Of a DNA stretch of 49,993 bases, positions 31,500 through 40,752 are shown in pieces. The DNA is from Deltaproteobacteria bacterium (lineage in GTDB: Bacteria; Desulfobacterota; Binatia; UBA12015): positions 1-49,993 of the forward strand of contig JAYGCM010000008.1 in assembly GCA_046583355.1 (NCBI GenBank). The letters run 5' to 3'. The translations under genes and the position numbers were made by a program. The notes beneath the pieces are model-generated. The model saw nothing but the letters and a program-made list of their open reading frames with translations, ran no database searches and was not told where the DNA came from. Every line of letters begins with the position of its first letter. Position 1 is the stretch's first letter.

Positions 31500-32942
31500 C
31501 TAACGAAGATCGACCGAGCGAACGAAGAGGTCCTTGGGTGTCGGCTTGTCCACATCGAATAACGTCTTCACATATTTCGACTTATCGGGCCAACGCTCCC
31601 AGATAATATGGGCACGCCCATTCGAGACGGCAATCCGCGGATGTTGCAGAGTCCCCCCGCCCTCTTCGCGCGCGACCAGAAGGGGGTCACCCCAGGTGCG
31701 GCCGGCGTCGGTCGAGTAGCGCAGGACGACGCGCCGATGCGCCTCTACCCATACGATAGCCAGAACCCCGTCTTCGCCGATCCCCAGGGCCGGGCGCAGA
31801 GCATTCTCGTCGGGAGGGGACGTGTCCAACCGCAAGAGCGTCGTCCACGGCGTGCGCCAGGTGGCGCCGCCATCATCGGAGGCCTGAAAGTAGATTCCGA
31901 TATCCGCACGCGGGCCGCCATGCCAGACCAGGTAGACTCGCTCACCATCACTCTGAATGCGGTAGAAAGGCGCCTCTTCGCCGGCGAAAATCGTCTGTGC
32001 TGCGGACCAACTCCGGCCAGCGTCGGTGGATTGCGCGAGGAAGAGTTGCCCCTCCGTCACGGCACCCGCAAGTGCTGTTGCCCAGACCAGAGAATAGCGC
32101 CCGCCCGACTCGACGAGCTTCGGCCAAAGCGGGCTTCGTCGCGGTGGCTCGGGCTGCACCGGCGCAGGCGCAGACCAGGTCTTGCCACGATCGCCACTGC
32201 GCACACCGAGCAGATGCGGCGGACCAGTCTTGCCGCGCCCACGCACGGCACGCTCCTCCCAGACCAGGACGCTCTCGGCTGCCGCACCGAGTGCGAGCGC
32301 CGGCTCACCGGCATCGGCAGCCAAATTCGCACTCAGGAGCACGTCCTGCGCCAGCCAGCTCCGCCCGCCGTCCATCGAGCGGTTGGCAAAAATATCGCGC
32401 GACACCCGGCGTTCATCGGTCCAGGCAATGACAACCTCACCCGCGCCGCGCGAGGCCGCAATCGGCAAAAAGGCCTGCGGCTGCGAATTCAGCGTGACCG
32501 CCGGCGCGAAGTGGCGACCGCCATCGGCGGAGCGCCGCACGACGACAAATTTCTTGCCGATACGATTGCGCCGCGATTGCCAAACCAACAACAAGGAATC
32601 GCTGGCCGGAAAGCGTATAATACGCGGCGAGACCGAAATCGTATCGGCAAAATCCGGCCGATTCGGGCGCACCTCGCCCGACCAGCTGCGACCACCATCC
32701 TCCGACCGGCGCACCACGATATCGGAGTTCGAGGCTCCCTTGGGCGCCATCCAGACCGCGAGGACATCTTCGCCCCGAGCGGCAATATCAGTGTAATCGG
32801 GCCAGGAATGCGCCGCGCTATCCCCAGCGGCCTGATTCAAGCGGAGAACCGGGCCGAGCCGGCTATCGCTGCGCGTACAGCCGGGAAGGCCGGCCGCGAG
32901 CAGGACCAGAAGCCAGGCGAAAAAGCGCGCACCAAAGGGCAT
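31500..32942 (-). CDS. Asp-box (BNR) beta-propeller lipoprotein, sialidase-like fold
   Basis: Lipobox LPG-C; seven Asp-boxes: SEDGGRSW, SADGGRHF, SMDGGRSW, SGDRGKTW, STDAGRSW, SDDGGATW, STDAGRTW. Confidence 0.8.
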   Translation of the reverse strand: MPFGARFFAWLLVLLAAGLPGCTRSDSRLGPVLRLNQAAGDSAAHSWPDYTDIAARGEDVLAVWMAPKGASNSDIVVRRSEDGGRSWSGEVRPNRPDFADTISVSPRIIRFPASDSLLLVWQSRRNRIGKKFVVVRRSADGGRHFAPAVTLNSQPQAFLPIAASRGAGEVVIAWTDERRVSRDIFANRSMDGGRSWLAQDVLLSANLAADAGEPALALGAAAESVLVWEERAVRGRGKTGPPHLLGVRSGDRGKTWSAPAPVQPEPPRRSPLWPKLVESGGRYSLVWATALAGAVTEGQLFLAQSTDAGRSWSAAQTIFAGEEAPFYRIQSDGERVYLVWHGGPRADIGIYFQASDDGGATWRTPWTTLLRLDTSPPDENALRPALGIGEDGVLAIVWVEAHRRVVLRYSTDAGRTWGDPLLVAREEGGGTLQHPRIAVSNGRAHIIWERWPDKSKYVKTLFDVDKPTPKDLFVRSVDLR

Positions 32943-33041
32943 CGGCCCAGACGCGAAACCGCAGATCCCCGGCCGGCGGCCGGCCATCCTCACCACGCGT
33001 CGGCTTCCTGCCGACTTGAACCCACCGGTATGCCAAACGCA

Positions 33042-33071
33042 GAAAGGCCAGGGCAATTGCCCCAGCCTTTC
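33042..33071 (-). terminator. Probable intrinsic terminator or stabilising hairpin after the 343-aa secreted protein
   Basis: Minus strand GAAAGGCTGGGGCAATTGCCCTGGCCTTTC, about 30 nt after the stop. Confidence 0.6.
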
Positions 33072-33098
33072 CGGAATTGTCGACCCAGCAAGCTCGGC

Positions 33099-34130
33099 TC
33101 AGTAGAACAGCGGCCCATCGACGAAGGCTCCATCGGGTGAGGAAAAGGGAGCGCTGCTCTCGACGAGATATTTGAAGTTCGAACTGCCACCAAACTGGCC
33201 AACCGACTGGCCATGGATGCCGTACATGAACTTGCCCGTCTCGCCGCCGATCGTCCCCTCCGGGTACTGCACACGCAGGAAACCGGACGAATTGAGCGCC
33301 TGAGTCGGCACCAGGCCACCGCCCGGCTTCATCGATGCGAAACTGACACATTGCACGCCGTAATCCGGCAGAGAATGCCCGACCTCGGCGTTATCAAATA
33401 CGGTCAGCGCACCACTGATCGTGCTGCGATTCGGACCGATCTCAAGAACCGTTGTACCGCTACCGCCGGCCTCCGTCAGAGATAGAAAGACCAGGGTGGA
33501 ATTGTCGAGCGTGCTCGGATTGAAGGTCTGCACATCGATCTGGTCGACGATCCCCTTCGGGAGCTGAGGCTCGCCGTCCTCGTTCAGGCCAAGGCCGATC
33601 GCATCGTTGCCATAGGAGAACTCGGTCTCGATATCGGCAAAGGTGTAGGTACCGACAATCGCGTTATCCACCATCATATAGCTTCGCGCCGCACCGCCCG
33701 AGCAATCTTCGTCGGTCGCGTAGGCGGTGACGATCACCATACCGCGGTTGCCGGAGAGATCCGTGCCATTCTCGCTCGGTTCGTTGACCATATCGACATC
33801 CACGATATTGCGCGGGTCCACAACGATGGTGTCGTTCAGCGTGAGACAGATCCAGACGTCGGCGAGCTGATCGCAGCTATCACTCCACCACATCCAATGG
33901 GTCGTGACCGCGAGAAGCGGGCTATCCTCGGTCGGAGAGGTCCCGGCCGTATTACTCACGATCAGGAAGCTGGCCCGGCCCTCGGTGACGTCGAAGGGCA
34001 TCACCAACGTATTCGATGGCTGCGTGTAGCTCGTATCGGCATCCGCAACCAATGCGTGTGCCGTAGCCACCCCAACCAACCCTACCAAGCCCGCGACGGC
34101 GACTACACAAACCTTTGCCATCCCACTCAT
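33099..34130 (-). CDS. Secreted acidic beta-rich protein with a C-terminal SPDGAFVDGPLF tail (candidate surface/S-layer subunit)
   Basis: Signal peptide ending AHA; Asp/Thr/Ser/Gly-rich; four Cys in the mature part; purine-rich SD region GAAGGGAAG. Confidence 0.75.
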   Translation of the reverse strand: MSGMAKVCVVAVAGLVGLVGVATAHALVADADTSYTQPSNTLVMPFDVTEGRASFLIVSNTAGTSPTEDSPLLAVTTHWMWWSDSCDQLADVWICLTLNDTIVVDPRNIVDVDMVNEPSENGTDLSGNRGMVIVTAYATDEDCSGGAARSYMMVDNAIVGTYTFADIETEFSYGNDAIGLGLNEDGEPQLPKGIVDQIDVQTFNPSTLDNSTLVFLSLTEAGGSGTTVLEIGPNRSTISGALTVFDNAEVGHSLPDYGVQCVSFASMKPGGGLVPTQALNSSGFLRVQYPEGTIGGETGKFMYGIHGQSVGQFGGSSNFKYLVESSAPFSSPDGAFVDGPLFY

Positions 34131-34255
34131 ATTGCCATCTTCCCTTCAAGTCTGTCCCAACCCGGGACGGACGCCTCCCTGCGTACCGCAACGCAGCGTA
34201 GTGAGTCAAACAGGTAGAGACCGGGCCTTGGGCAAAAAAAACCACGCGGACAAAC

Positions 34256-34711
34256 TCAGCGCTGAAGGCGCACAAACCACTGCTCGTCGCGAAAAATCCA
34301 GCCCTGGAGATCCTCCAGATCTCGGCGAATCGTCTTGGTCGCTCCGCCAGGCGCGAGCAGGGGAATCATCGCGTCGATCTGCATCCGAACCTTGCCATGC
34401 AGCAAATCGTCACGCTCTTCTCTACGCGAAGAAACCACTTTGTAGCCAAGGATATCAAAGCCTCTGCCGCGCGAGCGTAGGAACTCCTGCCGCTCAAGGC
34501 CATCGCGCCCTACGGGGTCAAGGAATTCGTCGTAGACCCGGCCCCAATCCCGCCGCTGGCGGGCCTCCATATACTGCAGGGCGCGCTGCTCAAGGCTCTG
34601 CACATCGGAGGCCGGGGCCGTACACCCCGACAACAGGCATAGGACCCAAAAAATGCCCCCGCACGACACGATCATTCGCTTTTTCAGGGGGTTGGCAAAA
34701 CGTCTACGCAT
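34256..34711 (-). CDS. Small lipoprotein, NTF2-like fold
   Basis: Lipobox LSG-C; YMEARQRRDWGRVYDEFLDP and C-terminal WIFRDEQWFV. Confidence 0.65.
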   Translation of the reverse strand: MRRRFANPLKKRMIVSCGGIFWVLCLLSGCTAPASDVQSLEQRALQYMEARQRRDWGRVYDEFLDPVGRDGLERQEFLRSRGRGFDILGYKVVSSRREERDDLLHGKVRMQIDAMIPLLAPGGATKTIRRDLEDLQGWIFRDEQWFVRLQR

Positions 34712-34717
34712 GCTGCT

Positions 34718-35914
34718 CTATGCCTCTTCTACGATATCCTGCCAGCGGTGGTCCATACGCATCACACCCCAATCCGTCTTCGGATTGGTGATCGTGAACG
34801 GAACGGCACCCTCCTGGAGATCGAGCAGGACGAGCGGATTTCGATTATCGGTTGTTGCCACATTGAGGTGGTAGCTGCCCCCGAGCAGCGGCAACTCGGG
34901 GACCTCGAGCTCGACCGAGAAACGCCCGTCTGCCCCGGCCCGCATCGCCGCCCCTCCCTCCCCGGTGGAGAAACAATGGCAGACCAGACCATCCGAGCGG
35001 ACAAAGCCGATCGCAACGCCGGGCTCCGTCTCGGCGTCCGGCGCGCGCCGTACATGGACCCGCACGCGCAGCGCCTGCCCCGTCTCGAAGGCTGTGGCCA
35101 CCCGGCCCGCCGCATCGAGAAGTTCGATATGGTCGATGGCAACCAGCACAGGACCACCGTCCACCACGCGGCCCATCTCGCCATCGAGGCGCCGCTCGCG
35201 GGAGGCATCGGCGTAGGCATCGCAAACACGCGCGGCCGGGCCCGCCTGCCGTGGTCGCCCGCCTTCCAGCCAGATCGCGCTCGCGCAAAGACGCTTCACT
35301 TGAAAGAGGTTGTGGGAACAAAAGACGAGCGTTCCGCCGGCGGCGCGAAATGCCTCAATCCGACGCAGACATTTGGCCTGAAAACGCTGGTCGCCCACGG
35401 CCAGAGCTTCATCAATCACAAGAATATCAGGTTCGGCCACCGTCGCGATCGAGAAAGCGAGACGCAGAAACATCCCCGATGAATAGGTCCGCATCGGCTG
35501 GTCGATGAAAGCGCCGAGTTCCGCAAAGGCAATCAACTCCGCCTCGTGAGCGCGCACGGCATCGCGCGAGAGCCCCTGTGCGGCAGCCGCGAGATAGAGG
35601 TTTTCGCGCCCGCTGAATTCCGGGTGGAACCCGGCACCGAGCTCGAGAATCGCACTCGTTCGTCCCGCCACCGCGAGCGTTCCCTCGCTGGGTAGAACCG
35701 CTCCGGCGAGCATCGCCAACAAGGTCGATTTGCCCGCCCCATTATCCCCGACAATGCCCAGCGCCGCGCCGGCCGAAAGATCGATATCGACCCCGCGCAG
35801 AGCCCAGAAAGTTTCGTGGCGAGGAGCCCCACCGAGCCACTCGCGCAGACGATCCGAGGGCCGTGCATAGCGCCGGAAGCCCTTGCCCAAGCCCTCTGCC
35901 TGCAATGCTTTCAT
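34718..35914 (-). CDS. wzt: Polysaccharide ABC exporter ATPase with a C-terminal Wzt_C domain
   Basis: FWALRGV, GDNGAGKSTL, ELGAGFHPEFSGRENL, YSSGMFLRLAF, IDEALAVGD, plus about 150-aa C-terminal beta domain. Confidence 0.95.
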   Translation of the reverse strand: MKALQAEGLGKGFRRYARPSDRLREWLGGAPRHETFWALRGVDIDLSAGAALGIVGDNGAGKSTLLAMLAGAVLPSEGTLAVAGRTSAILELGAGFHPEFSGRENLYLAAAAQGLSRDAVRAHEAELIAFAELGAFIDQPMRTYSSGMFLRLAFSIATVAEPDILVIDEALAVGDQRFQAKCLRRIEAFRAAGGTLVFCSHNLFQVKRLCASAIWLEGGRPRQAGPAARVCDAYADASRERRLDGEMGRVVDGGPVLVAIDHIELLDAAGRVATAFETGQALRVRVHVRRAPDAETEPGVAIGFVRSDGLVCHCFSTGEGGAAMRAGADGRFSVELEVPELPLLGGSYHLNVATTDNRNPLVLLDLQEGAVPFTITNPKTDWGVMRMDHRWQDIVEEA

Positions 35915-36699
35915 ACGAGATCCACCAATTCGGGCCGCGCCCGCGTGAGCGCCTTGGCCCCGAGCCAGAGCAACGCAGCCGCAGAGAAGCCACTCCAGGC
36001 AAGCGCCAGCAGGGGAATCGGCTGACCCAGCGCGAAGGCGCGGTAGCCACCCACCACACCGCAGAGCGGATTCAACGCGAGCACGCCACGCAATGCCGGC
36101 GGTGCGATCTCGAGCGTGTAGACGATCGGCGTGAGATAGAACCAGGCCTGCAAGGCGGCTCCGACGATTTCATGCGCATCGCGAAAATAGACGTGCAGCG
36201 TCCCCACCAGAAAGGCTACGCCAAGCGCGAGCAGCGTGCCGAGCACCAGCGGCAGCACGACCAAGGGCAGGCTGGCGGAGATCCCGACTCCCAGCAGAGG
36301 CATGGCGGCACTCAGGAGTACAAGCGCCACCACCAATTCGACGGCCGATGCGAGGATCGGCTGGGCCAGCACGAGGGCCGGAGGAAATCCCATACGACGC
36401 AAGAAGACGCCATTATCCACCAACGCAGTAGTCGCCCGGCCGATGCCTTCCTGGAAAGCCAGCCACGGAAAGAAGCCCCAGGCGAGCGTGACGGCAAAGG
36501 GCACCTCGGCTGCGCTGCCGCCAAGGCGAACCTGTAGAACCAGGGAGAAAATGGTTGTGAGAATCACCAACTGAAAGAGCGGCGTCAATACGGCCCAGGC
36601 CAGGCCGCCCACCGAGCCGGCATGTCGGGTGCGCAGATCGCGCACGACAAGAGAGAAGAGCATCTCTCGTCGCTGCCAAAGTTCGCGGGCAACATTCAT
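35911..36699 (-). CDS. wzm: Polysaccharide ABC exporter permease
   Basis: LVVRDLRTRHAGSVGGLAW, YFRDAHEI, WFYLTPIVY, LNPL. Confidence 0.95.
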   Translation of the reverse strand: MNVARELWQRREMLFSLVVRDLRTRHAGSVGGLAWAVLTPLFQLVILTTIFSLVLQVRLGGSAAEVPFAVTLAWGFFPWLAFQEGIGRATTALVDNGVFLRRMGFPPALVLAQPILASAVELVVALVLLSAAMPLLGVGISASLPLVVLPLVLGTLLALGVAFLVGTLHVYFRDAHEIVGAALQAWFYLTPIVYTLEIAPPALRGVLALNPLCGVVGGYRAFALGQPIPLLALAWSGFSAAALLWLGAKALTRARPELVDLV

Positions 36700-38342
36700 G
36701 GCCGCACCTCCGTCGGCCGTTTTCGGCGCAGGCGCTGCAATCGCATCTCGACCAGGTTCATCCCGCGCCGACCCTCAACGGCCGTGGGATCCGCCTGAAG
36801 AATACGGGCAAAAGACTCCCGCGCGGCGTGCAATTTACCCTGACCGAGTTGGCTCCAGCCGAGCAAGATCATCGCCTCCGAATCGTGGTGGATCGCCAAC
36901 GCCCGGCGGGCCAATTCCTCGGCACGCAAATGGTCTCCGAGGCGTTCTTCCATGGCGCCGAGCCCCTTCAGAACGTCGGGGTCGCCGGGCGCCAGGTCCA
37001 ACGCGCGGCGAAAAGCCTCACGCGATTCGAGCAGCTTGCCGCGAAGGGCGAGCGCTACGGCGAGATTGTGGCGGGCGCGAATGGCCCGCGGCGCAGTCTC
37101 CAGCGTGGCCGACCAAAGGGCAATATCATCGTGCCATACAGGCACGCGGACCCAGGAGCGCAAGCCAAACCCTCCGATCAGAACGACGGCCAGGACCAGC
37201 GCCCAAAGAGGCCGTAGCCGGCGCAAGGAGGCGAACGCATCGCCCACCACCAACCCCAGCCCCACCAAGGGAAGGTAGGCATTATGCTCGGCAATCAACT
37301 CGCCATAGGGCAGCAATTGCGCCACCGGCAAAAGCGCCACAAAAGCCCAGAGCAGGCCAAGGCCGGCGACCCGCCCACGCCGCAGTAGCGCAGCGCCCCC
37401 CACCAGCCAGGCGAGCAGGAAAAGGCCCGCGACCAGCGCGGCCGTGTCCAAGCCGGCTTCCGGAAGAGGAAAGGCGAAGGGACGGTAATCGGCCTGCAGG
37501 CTGGCCGGCCAGAGTGCCAGGCGGAGGTAATGGCCCAAAACAACCAGCGTCAGCGCCGGTTGTGGCGCGAGAGTACTCCCCTGCGCGAAACTCTGCAGGC
37601 CAAGCAGGAATTCATTGCCGTAGAGCAATGTGGCGACCAGCGCGAGAAGCAACGCCGCGCCCGCAAGCCGTGGCCCCACGCCCCCGACCCATCCCCGCCC
37701 CACAGAGCGAACCCGAAGGATCCAAAGCAGAGCCGCCAGCGCCGGCAGAACCACCGCGATCTCCTTTGAACCCAGCGCCAACACCGCCAGCAGAAGCGAG
37801 AGTCCGCACAGAGCCGCCCGATACCGGACGCTGCGCTCTGCGGCGCCCAGGAAACTCCACCACGCCCAAAGCGAAGCAGTCGAGAAGAAGCCGAGAAGAA
37901 GATCGCGGCGACCCGCCACATAAACGACCGCCTCGCTTCCGAGCGGATGGACCGCAAAGAAAGCCGCCGCGACCAGCCCCGCGGCCGGCCCGCCGAGCAG
38001 CGCCGTCGCAAAGCCGTAGACCACCAGCACGACCGCCAGATGCCAGAGCAGGTTCGAGAGGTGAAAGACCCAGGCGATAGGACCGCCGCCGACAGCGTGG
38101 TCCAGCATATACGAGAACATCCGTACCGGCCGGTAGGTGATCCCCTCGCTGCTTTGCCAAAGAAGTTCGGGCGCGCGGCTCAGGGGCCAGGAGGAAACCG
38201 CGTTTTCGGTAACCAAAAGGCCGTCGTCGAAAACGAATTCGTGCCCCAGCGCAGCCCCATAGACCGAGGCAACCAGCACCAGGAGCACGAGGGCGGCCAC
38301 GCGATGCGGCCGCCCTCGCCCGAAATCAGTCTTCCCAATCAC
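36696..38342 (-). CDS. TMTC-like GT-C glycosyltransferase with C-terminal TPR repeats
   Basis: FVFDD, YRPVRMFSY, FHLSNLLWH, FAVHPLGSEAVVYVAGRRDLL, SKE, YLRLALWPASLQADY, AEHNAYLP, WHDDIALW, then about 3 TPRs. Confidence 0.85.
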   Translation of the reverse strand: MIGKTDFGRGRPHRVAALVLLVLVASVYGAALGHEFVFDDGLLVTENAVSSWPLSRAPELLWQSSEGITYRPVRMFSYMLDHAVGGGPIAWVFHLSNLLWHLAVVLVVYGFATALLGGPAAGLVAAAFFAVHPLGSEAVVYVAGRRDLLLGFFSTASLWAWWSFLGAAERSVRYRAALCGLSLLLAVLALGSKEIAVVLPALAALLWILRVRSVGRGWVGGVGPRLAGAALLLALVATLLYGNEFLLGLQSFAQGSTLAPQPALTLVVLGHYLRLALWPASLQADYRPFAFPLPEAGLDTAALVAGLFLLAWLVGGAALLRRGRVAGLGLLWAFVALLPVAQLLPYGELIAEHNAYLPLVGLGLVVGDAFASLRRLRPLWALVLAVVLIGGFGLRSWVRVPVWHDDIALWSATLETAPRAIRARHNLAVALALRGKLLESREAFRRALDLAPGDPDVLKGLGAMEERLGDHLRAEELARRALAIHHDSEAMILLGWSQLGQGKLHAARESFARILQADPTAVEGRRGMNLVEMRLQRLRRKRPTEVRP

Positions 38343-40752
38343 GGTTCGGCAGGAAGCCCGCGTGCGGCCGCTCCGCCGTCGTGGTCCGGCCGCGCAGCCT
38401 CATCTTCTCAGCCATCTCGTATTTCGTCGGCGGCCGCAGCCCGCCCGTGCGCTCGATCTCGTCGACCACATCCCAGAGACGGTCCTTGTATTGTTGCGTC
38501 GTCTCCAGAGCCTCGGCCCGGCTGCGGATCACATGCGGCGTGATGAGAATGATCAACTCCGTGCGACGCACGGTTTCGGTCTCGTAACGGAAGAGCTGAC
38601 CGAGAACCGGGATATCCATCAGGTAGGGAATTCCGGAGCGCGAGCGACTCGTCCCCTCCTGGATGATTCCGCCGATCAGCAGCGTATCGCCATCCTGCAC
38701 AACGGCCGTGGTCCGGGCCTCGCGCACAATAAAGGTCGGCGAACCGGTCTCGCTGGTCACCGACCGGTCGACGTCGCTGACTTCCTGATGGATCTGCAGA
38801 TTGACCAGGCCATCTGCGTTGATCTGCGGCAGGATGTTCAGGATCACGCCGGTGTCGCGGTATTGAACGTTGTTCACCAGCGCGGTCTGCCCATTTACCT
38901 GCACGCCAGGCACGTTCGCCCGTGATGTGAGGATCGGCACAGAGTTGCCGATCGTGATCGACGCCTCGCGGTTGTCCGCCGTCAAAATATGCGGACTGGC
39001 GAGAATCTTGGCGCGACCCGCGCTGGCCATCGCCGCGATCTGCGCGCTGAAATGCTTATTGTCCGTGATGAGCGCGGCGAAGCCACCGCCTGGGCCGAGA
39101 AAACTGGAGTTGATGAAGCGGTTGGCAAATGAGGTCACGCCGGTCGTCTGGGCGATCTGGCCCAAAACGCTGCCGGAGCCATCATCGGTCGGGGCCGGCG
39201 TCGGCGAGAGCTCCGGCACACCGCTGAGATTGGTGGAGACCAAGGCCTGCATGCCGAGTTCCATGCCCTTGTTCAGGCGGACCTCCGCGATCAGCACCTC
39301 AATCACAACCTGCCGCGGGACCATATCGAGATCCTGGATGACACTGCGGACCTCGCGCCAATCTTTTTTGGTCGCGAAGATGACCAGCGAGTTGGAGACC
39401 TCATCGGCTACGATGCGAACATCGCTGATGAAGTCGTTATCGGCACCCGCGCCGCCCGCGATGACAACCGAAGAGGCGCCACCGCCCATGCCACCCGCGC
39501 TACCGCTCAGAACCCCCGCCGGACGCGCGCCCCCACGACTACCGCCGAAACCGCCGCCACCACCACGACTGCGGCCGCCGCCCTGGTTGAATTGCTGCGT
39601 CGCACCGAGTTCCTGCGTGCGCCCCAATGCGCCCGAGCGCTTCCCGCCACTGCTAGCCCCCCCGCCACGGCCACCGAAGGAACTGCCGAAGCCGGGTTGC
39701 CCACGCTGCACGGCCTGACGTCCACCACGACCGCTGCCGCCGCCGTAGAGTTCGTTGAGGATCTGCGCCAGATCGGCGGCCTTGGCGTTCTGCACCGGGT
39801 AGGTGCGGACGCGCTTCTTGAGTTCCTCGTCGGGCTTCACATCGAGGATACTGATCCAGTACTTGACCGTGCGAAAAGTGCTCTCGCTGAAGGCCAGCAC
39901 GGCAATGGAATTCAGGCGCGTCAGCGGAATCGCGTACACGCCCCGCTCGGTCGCAGCCTGCCCGGTGATGCCATAGGTATCCAAGATGGCGAGAAGCTCT
40001 TGGCCGAGGTCCTCGAGGTTCGTATTGCGAATCTTGAAGATACGCGCCTTGAGGTCGCGAAAGGCATCGCGGTCGAGCAATTGCACCATTTCACGCAGCC
40101 TATCCACATTGCTCGCGATGTCGGTGAGGATGAGCATATTGGCGCGTGGGTAGGGAATGACATCCCCGCCCGGAGTGATGAAGGGCTGCAACAAGGTCGC
40201 CATTTCGCCAGCCGCGATATTCGCCACCGTCAGCAACTCAACGACGAAGAGATCGTCCTTGGACATCTTCGCCAATTCGGCGCGCGATACGATCACGCGG
40301 GTCTTCGCCTCGGCGATCGGAACAATATTATAAATATCTCCGACTCGGATGGCGGCGATGCCGATCGAGCGCAGGATCTGGTTGAAGATGGGAAAGAGTT
40401 CGCTGCGCGGGATCTTCCCGGTCGTGCGAATGGTCACCTGGCCCTCGACGCGCGGGTCGATGAGATAGTTGATTTCGAGTGCACCGGCGAGGCTATGAAT
40501 GACCTCGCGGATATCGGCACCCTCGAAGTTCAGGACGATGGCATCGTCTGTCGCGCCGATGGCCGACTTTGCTGGCGCGGCCGGCTCTTGGGCGCGGACC
40601 GCCGGAGCAAGGGCGAAAAACAAACCGAATACGGCCATCCAAACTGCGGCATGCCGCATTCCCCACCGCTCTGAATCGCTCATCCGCATGCGTCCTCTCG
40701 GGGTGTAGCTGTTCCGGAGCCGGATCAAAAACTCAGTCATTTCATTGCTCAT
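38326..40752 (-). CDS. gspD: Type II secretion system secretin
   Basis: N0 LNFEGADIREVI, N domains, QVVIEVLIAEV, ILASPHILTADNREASITIG, YRDTGVIL, DGDTLLIGGII, IPYLMDIPVLGQLF, RTELIILITPHVI. Confidence 0.95.
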   Translation of the reverse strand: MSNEMTEFLIRLRNSYTPRGRMRMSDSERWGMRHAAVWMAVFGLFFALAPAVRAQEPAAPAKSAIGATDDAIVLNFEGADIREVIHSLAGALEINYLIDPRVEGQVTIRTTGKIPRSELFPIFNQILRSIGIAAIRVGDIYNIVPIAEAKTRVIVSRAELAKMSKDDLFVVELLTVANIAAGEMATLLQPFITPGGDVIPYPRANMLILTDIASNVDRLREMVQLLDRDAFRDLKARIFKIRNTNLEDLGQELLAILDTYGITGQAATERGVYAIPLTRLNSIAVLAFSESTFRTVKYWISILDVKPDEELKKRVRTYPVQNAKAADLAQILNELYGGGSGRGGRQAVQRGQPGFGSSFGGRGGGASSGGKRSGALGRTQELGATQQFNQGGGRSRGGGGGFGGSRGGARPAGVLSGSAGGMGGGASSVVIAGGAGADNDFISDVRIVADEVSNSLVIFATKKDWREVRSVIQDLDMVPRQVVIEVLIAEVRLNKGMELGMQALVSTNLSGVPELSPTPAPTDDGSGSVLGQIAQTTGVTSFANRFINSSFLGPGGGFAALITDNKHFSAQIAAMASAGRAKILASPHILTADNREASITIGNSVPILTSRANVPGVQVNGQTALVNNVQYRDTGVILNILPQINADGLVNLQIHQEVSDVDRSVTSETGSPTFIVREARTTAVVQDGDTLLIGGIIQEGTSRSRSGIPYLMDIPVLGQLFRYETETVRRTELIILITPHVIRSRAEALETTQQYKDRLWDVVDEIERTGGLRPPTKYEMAEKMRLRGRTTTAERPHAGFLPNRDWED

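Noticed and set aside
39470..39750. Gly/Arg-rich low-complexity stretch as a separate repeat element
   Set aside because: In-frame disordered loop within the GspD N3 domain, a known secretin feature.
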